Shown here: in pieces, positions 38,910-49,619 of the stretch | Layout of the letters: every line of letters starts with the position of its first letter | Position numbering within the stretch: position 1 is the stretch's first letter | From: Longimicrobiales bacterium | GTDB lineage: Bacteria; Gemmatimonadota; Gemmatimonadetes; Longimicrobiales; Gaopeijiaceae | Direction of reading: 5' to 3' | Length of the DNA: 64,000 nt | NCBI GenBank assembly: GCA_963422615.1 | Contig: OY730414.1 | Coordinates: 2,092,302 to 2,156,301, forward strand | The notes under the pieces: model-generated | What the model was told of the DNA's origin: nothing | What the model saw: the letters and a program-made list of their open reading frames with translations, nothing else | Database searches by the model: none | Translations under genes and position numbers: made by a program

Positions 38910-39905
38910 ATGATGAACCGTGACGCTGCCCGGATGGGAAGAGAACGCGCCGATACCATCGGCGTGGAGCCGTTCGACACCGGCTACGGCGCCGGACTCG
39001 AGATTCAGGAGGATGCCCCGGTCCTCGAGTGCGAACTCGTGGAGGACGATGGCCGGTTCCGGGTTCATCGGCCGACCGCTGCCGATCGACCTTCGCATCT
39101 GTGCTTCATTGACGGCGTGATGCGGACCGAGGCTCGACTGACCCGCACCGGCTCGGAAGGAGAAACCCGGGTGGGACTGGCGGGGAGCTGGGCCGCCGGA
39201 GTGGTGCGGATTGCCGAGGGACAACCGGCCCGGATCGATCAGGTGCAGACCGGCCGCACGGTCATCTTTACCGGCGGAGGTGCGGTGCGGCTTCCTCCCC
39301 ACAGGGACGGGTGGGCGTGGACCCCGGGCTCGGTGGAGGGGATGGAGATCGAAGCGGCCCGGGAACAGCTCAGACGGCTCATGCGGGACGCGGAGATGCG
39401 GATCGCCGACGACGTCTGTGCCCAAGGTTGGCTTCCGGTCTTCGACGGTCCCCTGCACGGGATATGGCGGAACCGGGCATCACCGGTGATCGGGTATGTC
39501 AAGACGCACCACCGCCGCACCCTGGCTCCCGAACCCTGGAGCCGGGTCCCCTTGTTGTCCCCAGGGGAGCGATCGAGCCTCTTCGCCATGGGAGACGATC
39601 TGTACGGGAGTTATCTTCGCATCGGCACCGCCGGGCCCTGGGCGAGTCCCTGGGCGGGGATCGTCCGGATCGAGGCCCCCGCCCGGGTCGGACGGGAAGC
39701 GGCCATCGGAGCCCTTGACGGAGCCGCGAGCTGGCTCCCCGATTTCGCGTCGCCCCTTCACAGGGACGCCCGGGCACCCGTCAACCTGACGCCGGTCTCG
39801 GGATTGGAACGCAGGCTGCATCATTTACTGGGAGATTCGCGCTTGGCGCTTCGGGCCGTTCGAGAGACCGTCCTTCGTTTCAACCGCCGAGAGGGTTCTG
39901 CATGA
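38910..39905 (+). CDS. nurA: NurA-like 5'-3' nuclease
   Basis: FIDGVMR and FDGPL acidic motifs, GYVKTH, RAPVNLTPVSGLERRLHHLLGD; ATGA-coupled to herA. Confidence 0.8.
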   Translation: MMNRDAARMGRERADTIGVEPFDTGYGAGLEIQEDAPVLECELVEDDGRFRVHRPTAADRPSHLCFIDGVMRTEARLTRTGSEGETRVGLAGSWAAGVVRIAEGQPARIDQVQTGRTVIFTGGGAVRLPPHRDGWAWTPGSVEGMEIEAAREQLRRLMRDAEMRIADDVCAQGWLPVFDGPLHGIWRNRASPVIGYVKTHHRRTLAPEPWSRVPLLSPGERSSLFAMGDDLYGSYLRIGTAGPWASPWAGIVRIEAPARVGREAAIGALDGAASWLPDFASPLHRDARAPVNLTPVSGLERRLHHLLGDSRLALRAVRETVLRFNRREGSA

Positions 39906-41725
39906 GCGACTTGACATGCAGGATCGGGCTGGTTGACGGGTCCAAGGGGAGCGACACCCGGACCTTCCAGGTTGTGCTGGACCCGGACGCCTTCATCCAG
40001 CTTGACGAGCTCGTCGCCGTCGCAAGCCAGCTTCCCGACGGTGCCCGCTTGACCCACTACGGCATCGTCACCGAGCTGCGGTCTCGTTTTGAAGGTGCGG
40101 AGTATCCGTCCGACACGGGACGGGTCGCAGGCGGCACCCTCCCGGCAGAGCACGTGCGCCTTGCCGAGGTTCGAGTGCTCCGGGTCGTACCGGAGGTATT
40201 TGTGGCTCCCCATGCCGGTGCGTCGGTGGTACGCGCCACGGGGAAGGACCGGGAGGCCGCTCTCTTCGAGGATGAAATGACGAGGGGGAAGCTCCCGGTG
40301 GGGATCGACCTGGGCGGCTCCCCGGTGTATGCGGACATGCGCTTCGTGGATGGCCGCTCCGGGGGTCATGTGTCCATTTCGGGGATCTCCGGGGTTGCAA
40401 CGAAGACCTCGTACGCGCTGTTCCTGCTGTACCAGCTGCTGGAGACGAAACGGGGAATGGATCTGCTGGGAGGGCGAGCCCGACAGCAGAGCGTGCGGGC
40501 CCTGGTGTTCAATACCAAGGGGGAGGACCTGCTTCACATCGACCGTCCCAACGCCGAGTTCGAGGGCAAATCCAAAGCCCGCCAACAGTGGCGAGCCCTG
40601 GGGGTGGACGAGCCGGGGCCCTTCCGTTCGGTCCGCCTCTACGCCCCCCGTCCGTCGGGGGCTTCGGGGAGCACGGTTCCAGGCGTGAAAACGCGCAAGA
40701 CGTGTGACGTCGAAGCGTACGGCTGGACGCCGGAACAGTTCGTCCGGGAGCAGCTCCTCCAGTTCTGCTTCACCTCCGAGGACGAACGCGCCACCCAGGT
40801 CGGCTTCGTGGAACAGCAGTTCCGCATTCAGCTCCTGCGGGGTCTGCGGCGCCTGGAAGGAGATCCGACCGGGGCGATCGTGATCGCGCGGGAAGTCCCC
40901 CCGGGCACAGGCTTCAACCCGGACCGGCTGGCCGAACGAGAGCCGCCGGAGGCGGCCGGCGGCGCGGGACACACCGTCCGTGACTTCGGCGACTTCATCG
41001 ACCTGGCCGAAGGCATTGCTTCCGGGGACGACGACGCCAGGGTGAACGCCTGGTTCGGTCGCACCCAATCCGGCACCCGGCAGGCGTTCCTACGGAGGCT
41101 CCTCCGGCTGAGGCGCCACATCGGCCCCCTGGTGGCGTGCGGCCTGGAGCCCATCTCTTCGGAGAACCGGAAGCTCCACGTGGTGGACATCTCGACCCTC
41201 CACGACGATGCCCAGCGCTTCGTGGTCGGGGCGCTCCTGGACCACATCTGGCGGGAGAAACAGGGCACCGGGCGAACGCCCCTCCGTTTCGTCGTCCTGG
41301 ACGAGCTCAACAAGTACGCCCCCGCCCGGGGGTTCTCGCCCCTCAAGGAGCTCCTCGTGGACATCGCCGAACGAGGCCGCTCCCTGGGGGTGCTCCTCAT
41401 CGGCGCCCAACAGGCGGCCTCGGCGGTGGCGCAGGCACTGCCCCGAAACGCCTCTCTCAAGGTGGCCGGGCGCCTGGACGCGAGCGAATCCGACGCCTAC
41501 CGCTTCCTCACGCCGGCGTTGCGGGAGCGGGCCTCCCGCTTCATGCCGGGCACCATGGTCGTGTCGCAGCCGATCGTTCCGGAGCCCGTGCCGGTGCGCT
41601 TTCCCTTCCCGCCCTTCGCCACCAACCCGGACGAGGCGAAGGCGGACGAAAGCGGGGAGCAGCGCCAGTTCGACGATCTCCTTCGCAACGTCAAGGCCTT
41701 CACCGGGCCGAAGCCGGAACTATGA
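39902..41725 (+). CDS. herA: HerA/FtsK-family ATPase (Deinococcus-Thermus-type Walker A)
   Basis: N-terminal HAS-barrel-like region, SGISGVATKTS Walker A, FNTKGEDL, VVLDELNKYAP Walker B, ERGRSLGV..IGAQQ. Confidence 0.88.
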   Translation: MSDLTCRIGLVDGSKGSDTRTFQVVLDPDAFIQLDELVAVASQLPDGARLTHYGIVTELRSRFEGAEYPSDTGRVAGGTLPAEHVRLAEVRVLRVVPEVFVAPHAGASVVRATGKDREAALFEDEMTRGKLPVGIDLGGSPVYADMRFVDGRSGGHVSISGISGVATKTSYALFLLYQLLETKRGMDLLGGRARQQSVRALVFNTKGEDLLHIDRPNAEFEGKSKARQQWRALGVDEPGPFRSVRLYAPRPSGASGSTVPGVKTRKTCDVEAYGWTPEQFVREQLLQFCFTSEDERATQVGFVEQQFRIQLLRGLRRLEGDPTGAIVIAREVPPGTGFNPDRLAEREPPEAAGGAGHTVRDFGDFIDLAEGIASGDDDARVNAWFGRTQSGTRQAFLRRLLRLRRHIGPLVACGLEPISSENRKLHVVDISTLHDDAQRFVVGALLDHIWREKQGTGRTPLRFVVLDELNKYAPARGFSPLKELLVDIAERGRSLGVLLIGAQQAASAVAQALPRNASLKVAGRLDASESDAYRFLTPALRERASRFMPGTMVVSQPIVPEPVPVRFPFPPFATNPDEAKADESGEQRQFDDLLRNVKAFTGPKPEL

Positions 41726-41747
41726 GTCGGCTTTGCTTTTCCGAGCC

Positions 41748-42983
41748 GTGAGGCTCCTCCACACGTCGGACTGGCACCTGGGGGCCAAGCTGGGCCGTCA
41801 CGACCGCACCCCGGACCAGCTGGTCGCGATCCGGGCCCTGCTGCGGATCGCCGAATCCGCCCGCCCGGACCTGATTCTGCACACGGGCGACCTGTTCGAC
41901 GCGTCCCGACCGCCGTACCGGGCCCTGGAACTCGGTGTCCGAGCCCTGCGACGGCTTTCTCAAGTCGCGCCCACGGTGGTGCTGGCAGGAAATCACGACT
42001 CCCCGGCCCTGCTTCGGGTGATCGACGATCTGGCCGGATTGGCAACGCCCCGGCGGTTGTCGTTGGTGACCGAGCCCCAGGTCGTGTCGTTTTCGGAGGT
42101 CGCGAACGAACGGGTGGCCGTGGCGTGCGTGCCCTTCATCTTCCCCAGCGCCGTGGCGAACTACGCAACGGGCGATCCGGCCCGGTTCGAAGGCGTCTAT
42201 GCGGACGGCATCCGGACCCTGAACGACCGCCTGCTCGAGGAGGCGGAGCGGGAGGCGGGAGGGCACGGCATTGTTCTCTATGCCGCCCATCTCCACGTGC
42301 ACGGTGCCCGTCCGGGCACCTCTGAGCGGCGCCTCACCGTGGGTGAAGACTACGCCACCCACACGGCGGGCCTGCAGCGGGCCCTGTACTGCGCCTTCGG
42401 GCACATTCACGACCCGCAGCTCCTCCCGGGCGCGGCCGCTCGAGGGCGCTACGCCGGCTCCCTGATCCCCCTCGACTTCGGTGAAGGCCACCAAGCGAAG
42501 CAAGCGGTGCTGGTCACGATCCAAGACGATGTGGACGTCGCGACCCTGGATCTGCCCCCGGGGCGGCCCCTCACCACGTTCGTCGGGTCCATGGACGAGC
42601 TGGAGGAACGGGCCGCCGACGGCGGGCTGGACGGCTGCATTCTGAAGGCCCGGATCGTTTCTTCCGACCCCATACCGGACCTTGCGGACCGTCTGGCGGA
42701 ATGGTCGCCGGGGTGCGCGGTGTTCAACCTGGCCAACGACGTCGCCAACCGGACGGTGAAGGAGATTTCCCAAACCGGGGACGGGGACCCCGGGGTCGGG
42801 GAACTCTTCGCCGAGTGGCGAAGTGTGGCCGCTCGCGGCATCAAGGCACCCGACGAGGTCGTGTGCCGGCTTTTTGAGCAGGGCCTGGGCGCAGCTGGAC
42901 AAGACGCGAAGCCCGACTTCGGGGTGACTTCTCTTCTCGCCCAGGCTCGGAAAACCCTCGACTCCTTGGCGGCGAAGGACTGA
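41748..42983 (+). CDS. sbcD: SbcD/Mre11 metallophosphoesterase nuclease
   Basis: LHTSDWHLG, TGDLFD, AGNHD, HLH, GHIH.PQ, YAGS..PLDFGE. Confidence 0.93.
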   Translation: MRLLHTSDWHLGAKLGRHDRTPDQLVAIRALLRIAESARPDLILHTGDLFDASRPPYRALELGVRALRRLSQVAPTVVLAGNHDSPALLRVIDDLAGLATPRRLSLVTEPQVVSFSEVANERVAVACVPFIFPSAVANYATGDPARFEGVYADGIRTLNDRLLEEAEREAGGHGIVLYAAHLHVHGARPGTSERRLTVGEDYATHTAGLQRALYCAFGHIHDPQLLPGAAARGRYAGSLIPLDFGEGHQAKQAVLVTIQDDVDVATLDLPPGRPLTTFVGSMDELEERAADGGLDGCILKARIVSSDPIPDLADRLAEWSPGCAVFNLANDVANRTVKEISQTGDGDPGVGELFAEWRSVAARGIKAPDEVVCRLFEQGLGAAGQDAKPDFGVTSLLAQARKTLDSLAAKD

Positions 42984-42984
42984 A

Positions 42985-45900
42985 ATGCGTCCGGTGGAAC
43001 TCACCATCCAAGGGCTCCGCTCCTTCCGCGCACCGGTAACGATCAACTTCACCGGCCGGGATCACCTGGCCATCGTCGGAGACACGGGCGCGGGAAAGTC
43101 GTCAATCCTGGAAGCGATCACCTACGCTTTGTACGGAAAGGTGTCCTTCTCCGCGCAGGCAAACCAGGAACTGATGAACGACGCCTCCGCAGATCTTCGG
43201 GTCGTGTTGCGCTTCCGGGTCTCCGGCGAGACGTGGGAAGTCGCCCGCACCCTGCGGCGAGACGGACGGGGAACGGTCCGGCCGAGGGGCGTCCAGCTCC
43301 GGCGATTGGACGAGGACGCCGCCGAGCAGATCGAGGGGGTGCGCCAGGTCAACGATCGGATCATGGGGCTGATCGGCCTGGACAGCGAGGCCTTTCTTCG
43401 CACAGTGATTCTCCCTCAGGGCCGTTTCGCCCGCCTCCTGGTTGAGGACAAGCCGAGTGAGCGGAGCCGGATCCTCAGGCAGGTCTGGCGAACGGATGAA
43501 CTGGAAGCGGTGGGCACCCTCGCCGAAGCGGCCCACAGGGAGGTCGTCCGCTTGAAGGACCGCCTGGATCACGCCGCTTCCGCGTACCCGGAAGACCTGG
43601 CGGCGCATCTCGAACAGCTGAACCGGATCCAGCAGGAGGAAGCGCGCCGGGCCGCCGCCGCTTCGGCCATGAGGGACCAAGCGGCCGGGGCTCGGGATGC
43701 GCTTCTGGACGCGCGACGTACCCACCGAACCGCTTCCGCCGTCGCCCGGACGCTTCGCCTATCGAAGATCGACCAGGCGGAGAAGCGCTTGGCGCCGATC
43801 GAGAGGATTTCGCGCCGCATTCAGGAAGAGGACGAATCGCTGGCCCAGCAGCAGGCCGGGGTCCGGGACGCCCTGGGGAGCATTCCGGAGGGGGACGGCC
43901 CCGTCTCGGGGGAAGTCGCAGAGGCCCTGACCAAGTTGAAGGACATCGTCGCCCTCGCCCGGAAGGCCGTCGAAGCCGCAGATCGGTTGCGGGACGGGAT
44001 GCAGGCTTCTTCGGAAAGAAGCGCAGAGGCGGAACGGGCCGCAGAGGCGGAACGGAGGGCGACGGAGAAGCTGAAGTGCCATGGAGCGGGGAAGCAGCCC
44101 CTTGTCGAAGCCTTCGATTTGGCGCGGGCCCGCCGGTTGGCGGTGAAGCACGCGTATCAGAAATGCGAAGAGCAGAAGGCCGTGCTGGCCCGGGGAGAAG
44201 AACACTTGAGCGCGCTTCGAAAGGAAGCGTCGCAGCTGGCGGGACGTCTGGAAGCCGCCCGGGAAGAAGAACGTCACGCCAAAGAAGCCGCCATCGCCGC
44301 CCAGGCCAGTCTCGCGACTGCCCAGCGCTTCGACTCCGCCGCAGCCGCAGCCCGGGACCTGCTTCCCGGAAACGAATGTCCGGTCTGTCTGCGGAGCCTT
44401 CCCACCGACTGGAAAGCGCCGCCGGACGGAGACCTGAAGGAGGCGGAAGCCGAGGCGGTGGCAAATCGGGCCCAAGCCGAAAACGCGGGAAAGCAGGTGG
44501 CCGAACTGGCAGAGCGGCTGCGAGGGGCCCGGCTGCGAACGGGGGAGGACGAAGAAGCCGTCGCCGCGGCGAAAACGGCCTGGAGGGGGGGGCTGACGGC
44601 GCTGGCGGCGGAATCCGGAATCGACCCGGATGCTCCCCTTCTACCCCTGGACGCCCTACTGGTACCCCTGGACGAGGCCCTTCGGGGGGCTTCGGAGGCC
44701 CTGGCGGGCCACGACAAGGAACACGAAAGACTCTCCGTGGAAGCAACCGGTGCGGCCAAGGCAGCCGCCCGGGCCATGGAAGCCGCGGTCGGCGCAGAAG
44801 CCTGGGTCCGGAATGCCCGTGGAGCCGCTGCTTCGGCCTTGGGACATCTACGCGACACGGTCCGGACGGTACCGTCACCCTACCGCCCCCGCCTGGACCT
44901 CCCCCCGGGCCCCGACGAGCTGCGGGATGTGGACACGACGCCGGTCGACGACCAGATCATGGCGGCGACGGAACGTCGAAACGTCCTTGCCTACCGGGAG
45001 GCCCAGCGACGTCGTCTGAGAGAGGAGCTGGATCGGGTCGAGAAGACGCGGACTGCCCTGGCCCGCCGCCGAGACCGGGAGGTCGTGCAACCGATCCAGG
45101 CGATCCTGGTCGGGCTCAACCACCACCGCGATGCCCTCATGAACGCCATTCGGGATCTGGAACTGGATCCCGAGGCCCCCGGTCCCCCCGTTGCGGACAT
45201 TCCTGGACTGCAGTCTTCCATCGACGCCCTCCGAACCACGACCACCGAGGTCCTGCGCGCCGCCGCCCAGGGAGCCGAAACGGCGGAGGCGGGGGCGAAC
45301 GCCGCCTCGGCAACCCTGGAAGGGATCAAGCGACAGCTTGACGGAGACTTCGACGGAAGCGCCGCAGATGCCGTCGTAGAGGCCACCGTTGCGGCCACCG
45401 AAGAGGCCCGTTTTCGAGCCCGTCGGGCCCTGGAGGACGCGGAGGCCTTCACCCGGATTCTCGACAAGGTACGCCGCCTTCGGACGATCCTGGGGGAAGC
45501 GACGGAGCTGGCGCGGGCCCTGAGAGACCTGGACGCCGCCCTCAAGCCGGGAGCCTTCCTGAAGTGGCTGACGCTGCGCCGATCCCGGATCCTTCTGGTC
45601 CACGCCTCCCGAATGCTACGCGAAATGAGTGGGGGCAGGTACGGCTTTGCGGACCCCGGAGAAACGGAAGAGTGGCGGGTCCTGGATCACGACTCCATGC
45701 AACCCCGCTCCCCTGCCAGTCTGTCTGGAGGAGAGCAGTTCATCGCTTCCTTGGCCCTGGCCCTGGGCATGGTGGAGATGATGGCCCGGAGTGGAGGACG
45801 CCTGGAGGCGCTGTTTCTGGACGAAGGCTTCGGCTCTCTGGACCGCAACAACCTGGACGCCGCGATTCAGGCCCTGGGAACGACCGCCGCGGGGGGACGC

Positions 45901-46095
45901 ATGGTCGGGGTGATCTCTCACGTCCGGGCGGTGGCCGAACAGATCGATCACGTGCTCTCCGTGCGTCGGAGCGCCACCGGCAGCCAGGCCGTCTGGCTGT
46001 CGTCCGACCAGCGCAGACAACTGTCCCGACCGCACGTAGGGTGGGAGGGTCCCTTCTCCGAGAGCCCCACTTCCATGGAAGGGCTGTTGGAGTAG
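42985..46095 (+). CDS. sbcC: SbcC/Rad50 SMC-family ATPase
   Basis: GDTGAGKSS, LPQGRF Q-loop, coiled coils with CPVC zinc hook, LSGGE, LFLDEGFGSLD, ISHV. Confidence 0.94.
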   Translation: MRPVELTIQGLRSFRAPVTINFTGRDHLAIVGDTGAGKSSILEAITYALYGKVSFSAQANQELMNDASADLRVVLRFRVSGETWEVARTLRRDGRGTVRPRGVQLRRLDEDAAEQIEGVRQVNDRIMGLIGLDSEAFLRTVILPQGRFARLLVEDKPSERSRILRQVWRTDELEAVGTLAEAAHREVVRLKDRLDHAASAYPEDLAAHLEQLNRIQQEEARRAAAASAMRDQAAGARDALLDARRTHRTASAVARTLRLSKIDQAEKRLAPIERISRRIQEEDESLAQQQAGVRDALGSIPEGDGPVSGEVAEALTKLKDIVALARKAVEAADRLRDGMQASSERSAEAERAAEAERRATEKLKCHGAGKQPLVEAFDLARARRLAVKHAYQKCEEQKAVLARGEEHLSALRKEASQLAGRLEAAREEERHAKEAAIAAQASLATAQRFDSAAAAARDLLPGNECPVCLRSLPTDWKAPPDGDLKEAEAEAVANRAQAENAGKQVAELAERLRGARLRTGEDEEAVAAAKTAWRGGLTALAAESGIDPDAPLLPLDALLVPLDEALRGASEALAGHDKEHERLSVEATGAAKAAARAMEAAVGAEAWVRNARGAAASALGHLRDTVRTVPSPYRPRLDLPPGPDELRDVDTTPVDDQIMAATERRNVLAYREAQRRRLREELDRVEKTRTALARRRDREVVQPIQAILVGLNHHRDALMNAIRDLELDPEAPGPPVADIPGLQSSIDALRTTTTEVLRAAAQGAETAEAGANAASATLEGIKRQLDGDFDGSAADAVVEATVAATEEARFRARRALEDAEAFTRILDKVRRLRTILGEATELARALRDLDAALKPGAFLKWLTLRRSRILLVHASRMLREMSGGRYGFADPGETEEWRVLDHDSMQPRSPASLSGGEQFIASLALALGMVEMMARSGGRLEALFLDEGFGSLDRNNLDAAIQALGTTAAGGRMVGVISHVRAVAEQIDHVLSVRRSATGSQAVWLSSDQRRQLSRPHVGWEGPFSESPTSMEGLLE

Positions 46096-46157
46096 CCAGC
46101 GAAACCCTCCTGCACACCTGGGGAAGCATGGACCAATGGAGACCATCGGCGCATATT

Positions 46158-46196
46158 GGAAGGGTCAGCTTGGGGGTCCCCCTTTTTTGACCTTCC
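46158..46196 (+). terminator. Possible terminator / inverted repeat after sbcC
   Basis: GGGG-gtc-CCCC followed by TTTTTT, nested in GGAAGGGTCA...TGACCTTCC. Confidence 0.35.
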
Positions 46197-46315
46197 GGGA
46201 GAGCCCGTCCTCCGGCGGCCCGGCCATGGGCGCGGGGGCCCTCCCAGGGTTGGCTTGGACGGGCGTGGCGGTCACACGGTCGCTGCGGTGGAGGACCGAA
46301 CTTCCAGAGGATGCG

Positions 46316-46906
46316 ATGAAACTGAATTTTACCGATCGGGCCCGGGACATGGTCTTGTCGTTCATGGATCAGGAGGAGGACGGGCCCCAAGCCCTGAGGA
46401 TCGCGGTGGAGGGGAGTCCCTTTGCCCCGAACTACCAGCTCACCTTGGTCGAGGCAGCTGCCCGGACGAAGTCGGACCTGGAGGTGAGCGCGGGATCCTT
46501 CACGGTGCTGGTGGACGAAGCCAGCGTGAACCGTCTGGACGGAGCCAGGGTGGACTTCGTGGAGACCATCCAGGAGAGCGGGTTCCAGATTACGCCGGAC
46601 CCCGACGCCGTGAAGGCGGCCATTGACGAAGCGGGCCCGGCAGGGGAGCTGGCGGACCGGGTTCGCCAAGTCCTGGACACGGAAATCAACCCTGCGGTCG
46701 CCTCCCACGGGGGCGCCATCAACCTTGTGGACGTACAGGGGACCGAAGTCTTCATTGAGATGTCGGGAGGCTGTCAAGGGTGTGCCATGTCCCGCATGAC
46801 GTTGCGCCAGGGCGTGGAGCGGATGGTCTCCCAGTCGGTCCCGGAGGTCTCGGCCATCCACGACGTTACGGACCACATGAGCGGAGAGAACCCCTACTTT
46901 ACGTGA
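46316..46906 (+). CDS. nfuA: Fe-S cluster biogenesis protein NfuA
   Basis: Degenerate ATC domain, then INPAVASHGG, GGCQGC, DVTDH..GENPY. Confidence 0.9.
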   Translation: MKLNFTDRARDMVLSFMDQEEDGPQALRIAVEGSPFAPNYQLTLVEAAARTKSDLEVSAGSFTVLVDEASVNRLDGARVDFVETIQESGFQITPDPDAVKAAIDEAGPAGELADRVRQVLDTEINPAVASHGGAINLVDVQGTEVFIEMSGGCQGCAMSRMTLRQGVERMVSQSVPEVSAIHDVTDHMSGENPYFT

Positions 46907-47076
46907 CGGCCCCACAGGCGGTGCGCCGACTTGGGGACCCGAGGGAGTGTCGCTCCCCCTGTCGGAGGGGAATGATCGACTCCCCGTAGCCCCGTGGCCC
47001 CCAAGAAGCCAGAGCCGCCGACACCGAGGCCTTTTCGGCGGCCTCCCGGCCTTCGGCAATTATCGTCTGGACGCCT

Positions 47077-48408
47077 ATGGCCCATCGCACCCTGATCCGG
47101 AATGCCCAGGTGGTTCTGCCCGGCGAAACGGTCCGGACCCACGTATTGCTGGAAGGCAGCCGCATTGCTGTGGTGGGTGCCCCGCCGACCCTTCGCGCCC
47201 ACGAGACCGTCGACGCGTCGGGGCTCCACCTCCTGCCGGGCGTGATCGACGGCCACGTCCACTTTCGGGAACCGGGCCTCACGCACAAGGAGGACCTGCA
47301 CACGGGCAGCCTGGCGTGCGCAGCCGGGGGTGTAACCTCTTTCCTGGACATGCCCAACACCGTGCCCCAGACCGTGACGACCGAAGCCGTTGCGGCCAAG
47401 CTGGCCCTGGGAGCGCGCAAGTGCGTGGTGAATTACGGCTTCTACATCGGGGCCACGACGGACAACCTGGCCGAGCTCCAGAAGGCGTCCCGGACGCCCG
47501 GGATCAAGGTCTTTGTCGGATCCAGCACGGGGAACCTGCTCGTCAACGACCCGGACCGCCTGGAGAAAATCTTCGCGCGGACCTCCCTCCCAATCGCCGC
47601 CCACTGCGAAGACGAAGCCACGATTCAAGCCAACCGGATGCGGCTGGACCCGCCGTTCACGGTCCGCGACCACTCCCGAATCCGGGACCGGCGGGCGGCC
47701 GCAGTGGCCACGACACGGATCACGGAGTTGGCCCGACGCCACGGACATCGCCTTCACGTTCTCCACGTCTCAACGGCGGAGGAAGTCCCCATCATCGCCG
47801 ATCACGGGAACCTGATCACGGCCGAGGCCTGTCCCCATCACCTGTTCCTGGACACCCGGGACTACGACCGCCTGGGCACCCGGGGACAGATGAACCCATC
47901 CCTGAAAGAGGAGGCGGACCGGACCGCCCTGTGGCGGGGCCTCAAGGACGGCGTCATCCCCATCGTGGCGACCGACCACGCCCCCCACAGCTTGGAAGAG
48001 AAGCGGGTGCCCTACCCGGCGTCCCCGTCGGGGGTGCCGGCCGTCGATGTATTGCTTCCCCTCTTTCTGAACGAGGTCAACCGGGGCAGGTGCACGCTCC
48101 AGGAGCTCGCAGCGTGGCTGAGCGACAGCCCCGCTCGAACGTGGGACGTGGTGGGCAAGGGACGAATCGAGGAGGGCTTCGACGCCGACCTGGTTCTGGT
48201 GGACTTGGCCCTGACGCGGGAAGTCAGGGACGAGGAACAGCTCACCCGGTGCGGGTGGAGCCCCTGGCACGGCACCGTTCTGAAGGGCTGGCCCGTGCGC
48301 ACCTGGGTGGGAGGACGCACCGTCTTCGCCCAAGGTCGGGTGGACCCCGAGCCGCGGGGCCGGGAGATCGTCTTCGACCCCCAGCGAGGCGGATACTGGG
48401 GAACGTAA
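47077..48408 (+). CDS. pyrC: Dihydroorotase (amidohydrolase superfamily)
   Basis: [35 protein letters not shown]. Confidence 0.88.
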   Translation: MAHRTLIRNAQVVLPGETVRTHVLLEGSRIAVVGAPPTLRAHETVDASGLHLLPGVIDGHVHFREPGLTHKEDLHTGSLACAAGGVTSFLDMPNTVPQTVTTEAVAAKLALGARKCVVNYGFYIGATTDNLAELQKASRTPGIKVFVGSSTGNLLVNDPDRLEKIFARTSLPIAAHCEDEATIQANRMRLDPPFTVRDHSRIRDRRAAAVATTRITELARRHGHRLHVLHVSTAEEVPIIADHGNLITAEACPHHLFLDTRDYDRLGTRGQMNPSLKEEADRTALWRGLKDGVIPIVATDHAPHSLEEKRVPYPASPSGVPAVDVLLPLFLNEVNRGRCTLQELAAWLSDSPARTWDVVGKGRIEEGFDADLVLVDLALTREVRDEEQLTRCGWSPWHGTVLKGWPVRTWVGGRTVFAQGRVDPEPRGREIVFDPQRGGYWGT

Positions 48409-48515
48409 GAAGGCTGACGGTTCCGAACGCGGCACAAAACGGGTTGCGCCACCAACGTCGTCCTCACGCTTGGCGATCGCCGGGGTCCAGCCCCGCCACA
48501 ATCATTGGCGGCAAA

Positions 48516-49578
48516 TTATCGGCCGCGATCCAGCGTGCCGACCAGCGGATAGTGGTCGGAACCGAACGTACGGTCCAGGCGGCGGTACTCGCACCGCCAG
48601 GCGGACGGAAGGCGGAACAGCAAATGGTCCGAAGGACGAAGCCAGCCGCCGATCTCGAAGTGGTGGGTGGGTTGCGGGTCGGGATCCCGAGGTCGGGGAC
48701 ACCGCTCCCGAGCCAGTTTGTACGCCGCCTCCCGGCGTCCCAGGACCCACGTATTGAAGTCTCCGCCCAGGACGAGGGCTTCTTCCTGTCCGTCCGCCGG
48801 GAGCGTGGACAGAAGGCCCCGCATCTGACGTCTCCGGGACCGCCCCAGGCTTCGCCAGGCCCGTCGCCAGGGGGCCCGGTTGTCCAGGTGCAGGGAGCAG
48901 AACGTCACCGCCAAAGCCCCCAGGGTAGCCTTCGCCGTCACTGCAACCCTGCGCTGGCGCTCGAAGGGCAGTTCAACCGCCCGAGGCGACGAGAGGGGCA
49001 CATTTGCCAGGATCGCGTTTCCCCGGTCTTCAGGGGTGCCACCGCCGGGCCTACCGTTCCTCATGGAGGGGACATACAGGAGAGAGAGGCCCCTGTCCCG
49101 GGCAAAGGAGACGATGCAGGTCCGTCCCTCGTCCCTGGGGCGGGCGCTGATGCGGGGAGCCCAGGCCGATCCGGGAGCCAGCTGAGGAACGTGGGCGTCC
49201 CCGGAGAACACTTCCTGCAGCAGCACCACAACGGGTCCGGCCGAGCGCTCCCGCAGGTAGCGCCAGAACCCCCGAAGCGCTCCGCCCCCGCACTGGGCGT
49301 TCCAGGACGCCACCGTCAGGGGCAGCTGGGAGCCCGTTCCCGAAGGGGCGGCGCGGCGATCCACCGGCTCCGATTTCGCGCCTCGAGTTGCACGGTTCGG
49401 TTTCTCGGGCCGATCCCCCGGGGCCGACGACCCCACCTCGAAAGCCACTCGAACCGGCCCCACTCCCCGCCGCCAGCGCCGAAGCACGGGCCGGTCGTCG
49501 GGTGGGGCCGCAGCTGCCCAGGAAATGGCAGGAACCGGGCGACCGTTCAGGTCCAGACTACGCATCCAGGGCTCATTC
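48516..49578 (-). CDS. Endonuclease/exonuclease/phosphatase family protein
   Basis: VASWN, LLQEV, GNAILA, LHLD, GGDFN, DHLL, SDHYPL. The 5' end runs into a lower-GC patch, so the start is uncertain. Confidence 0.88.
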
Positions 49579-49619
49579 ATGATTATCGGAGAGATGTCAC
49601 AAACTCTGTCACCTCCGGA

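Noticed and set aside
36283..38913. 876-aa plus-strand ORF
   Set aside because: Antisense to glyQS and the SDR; no recognisable domain.
41208..41747. N-terminal 180 aa of the ORF-track SbcD
   Set aside because: Overlaps herA in another frame; SbcD homology begins at 41748.
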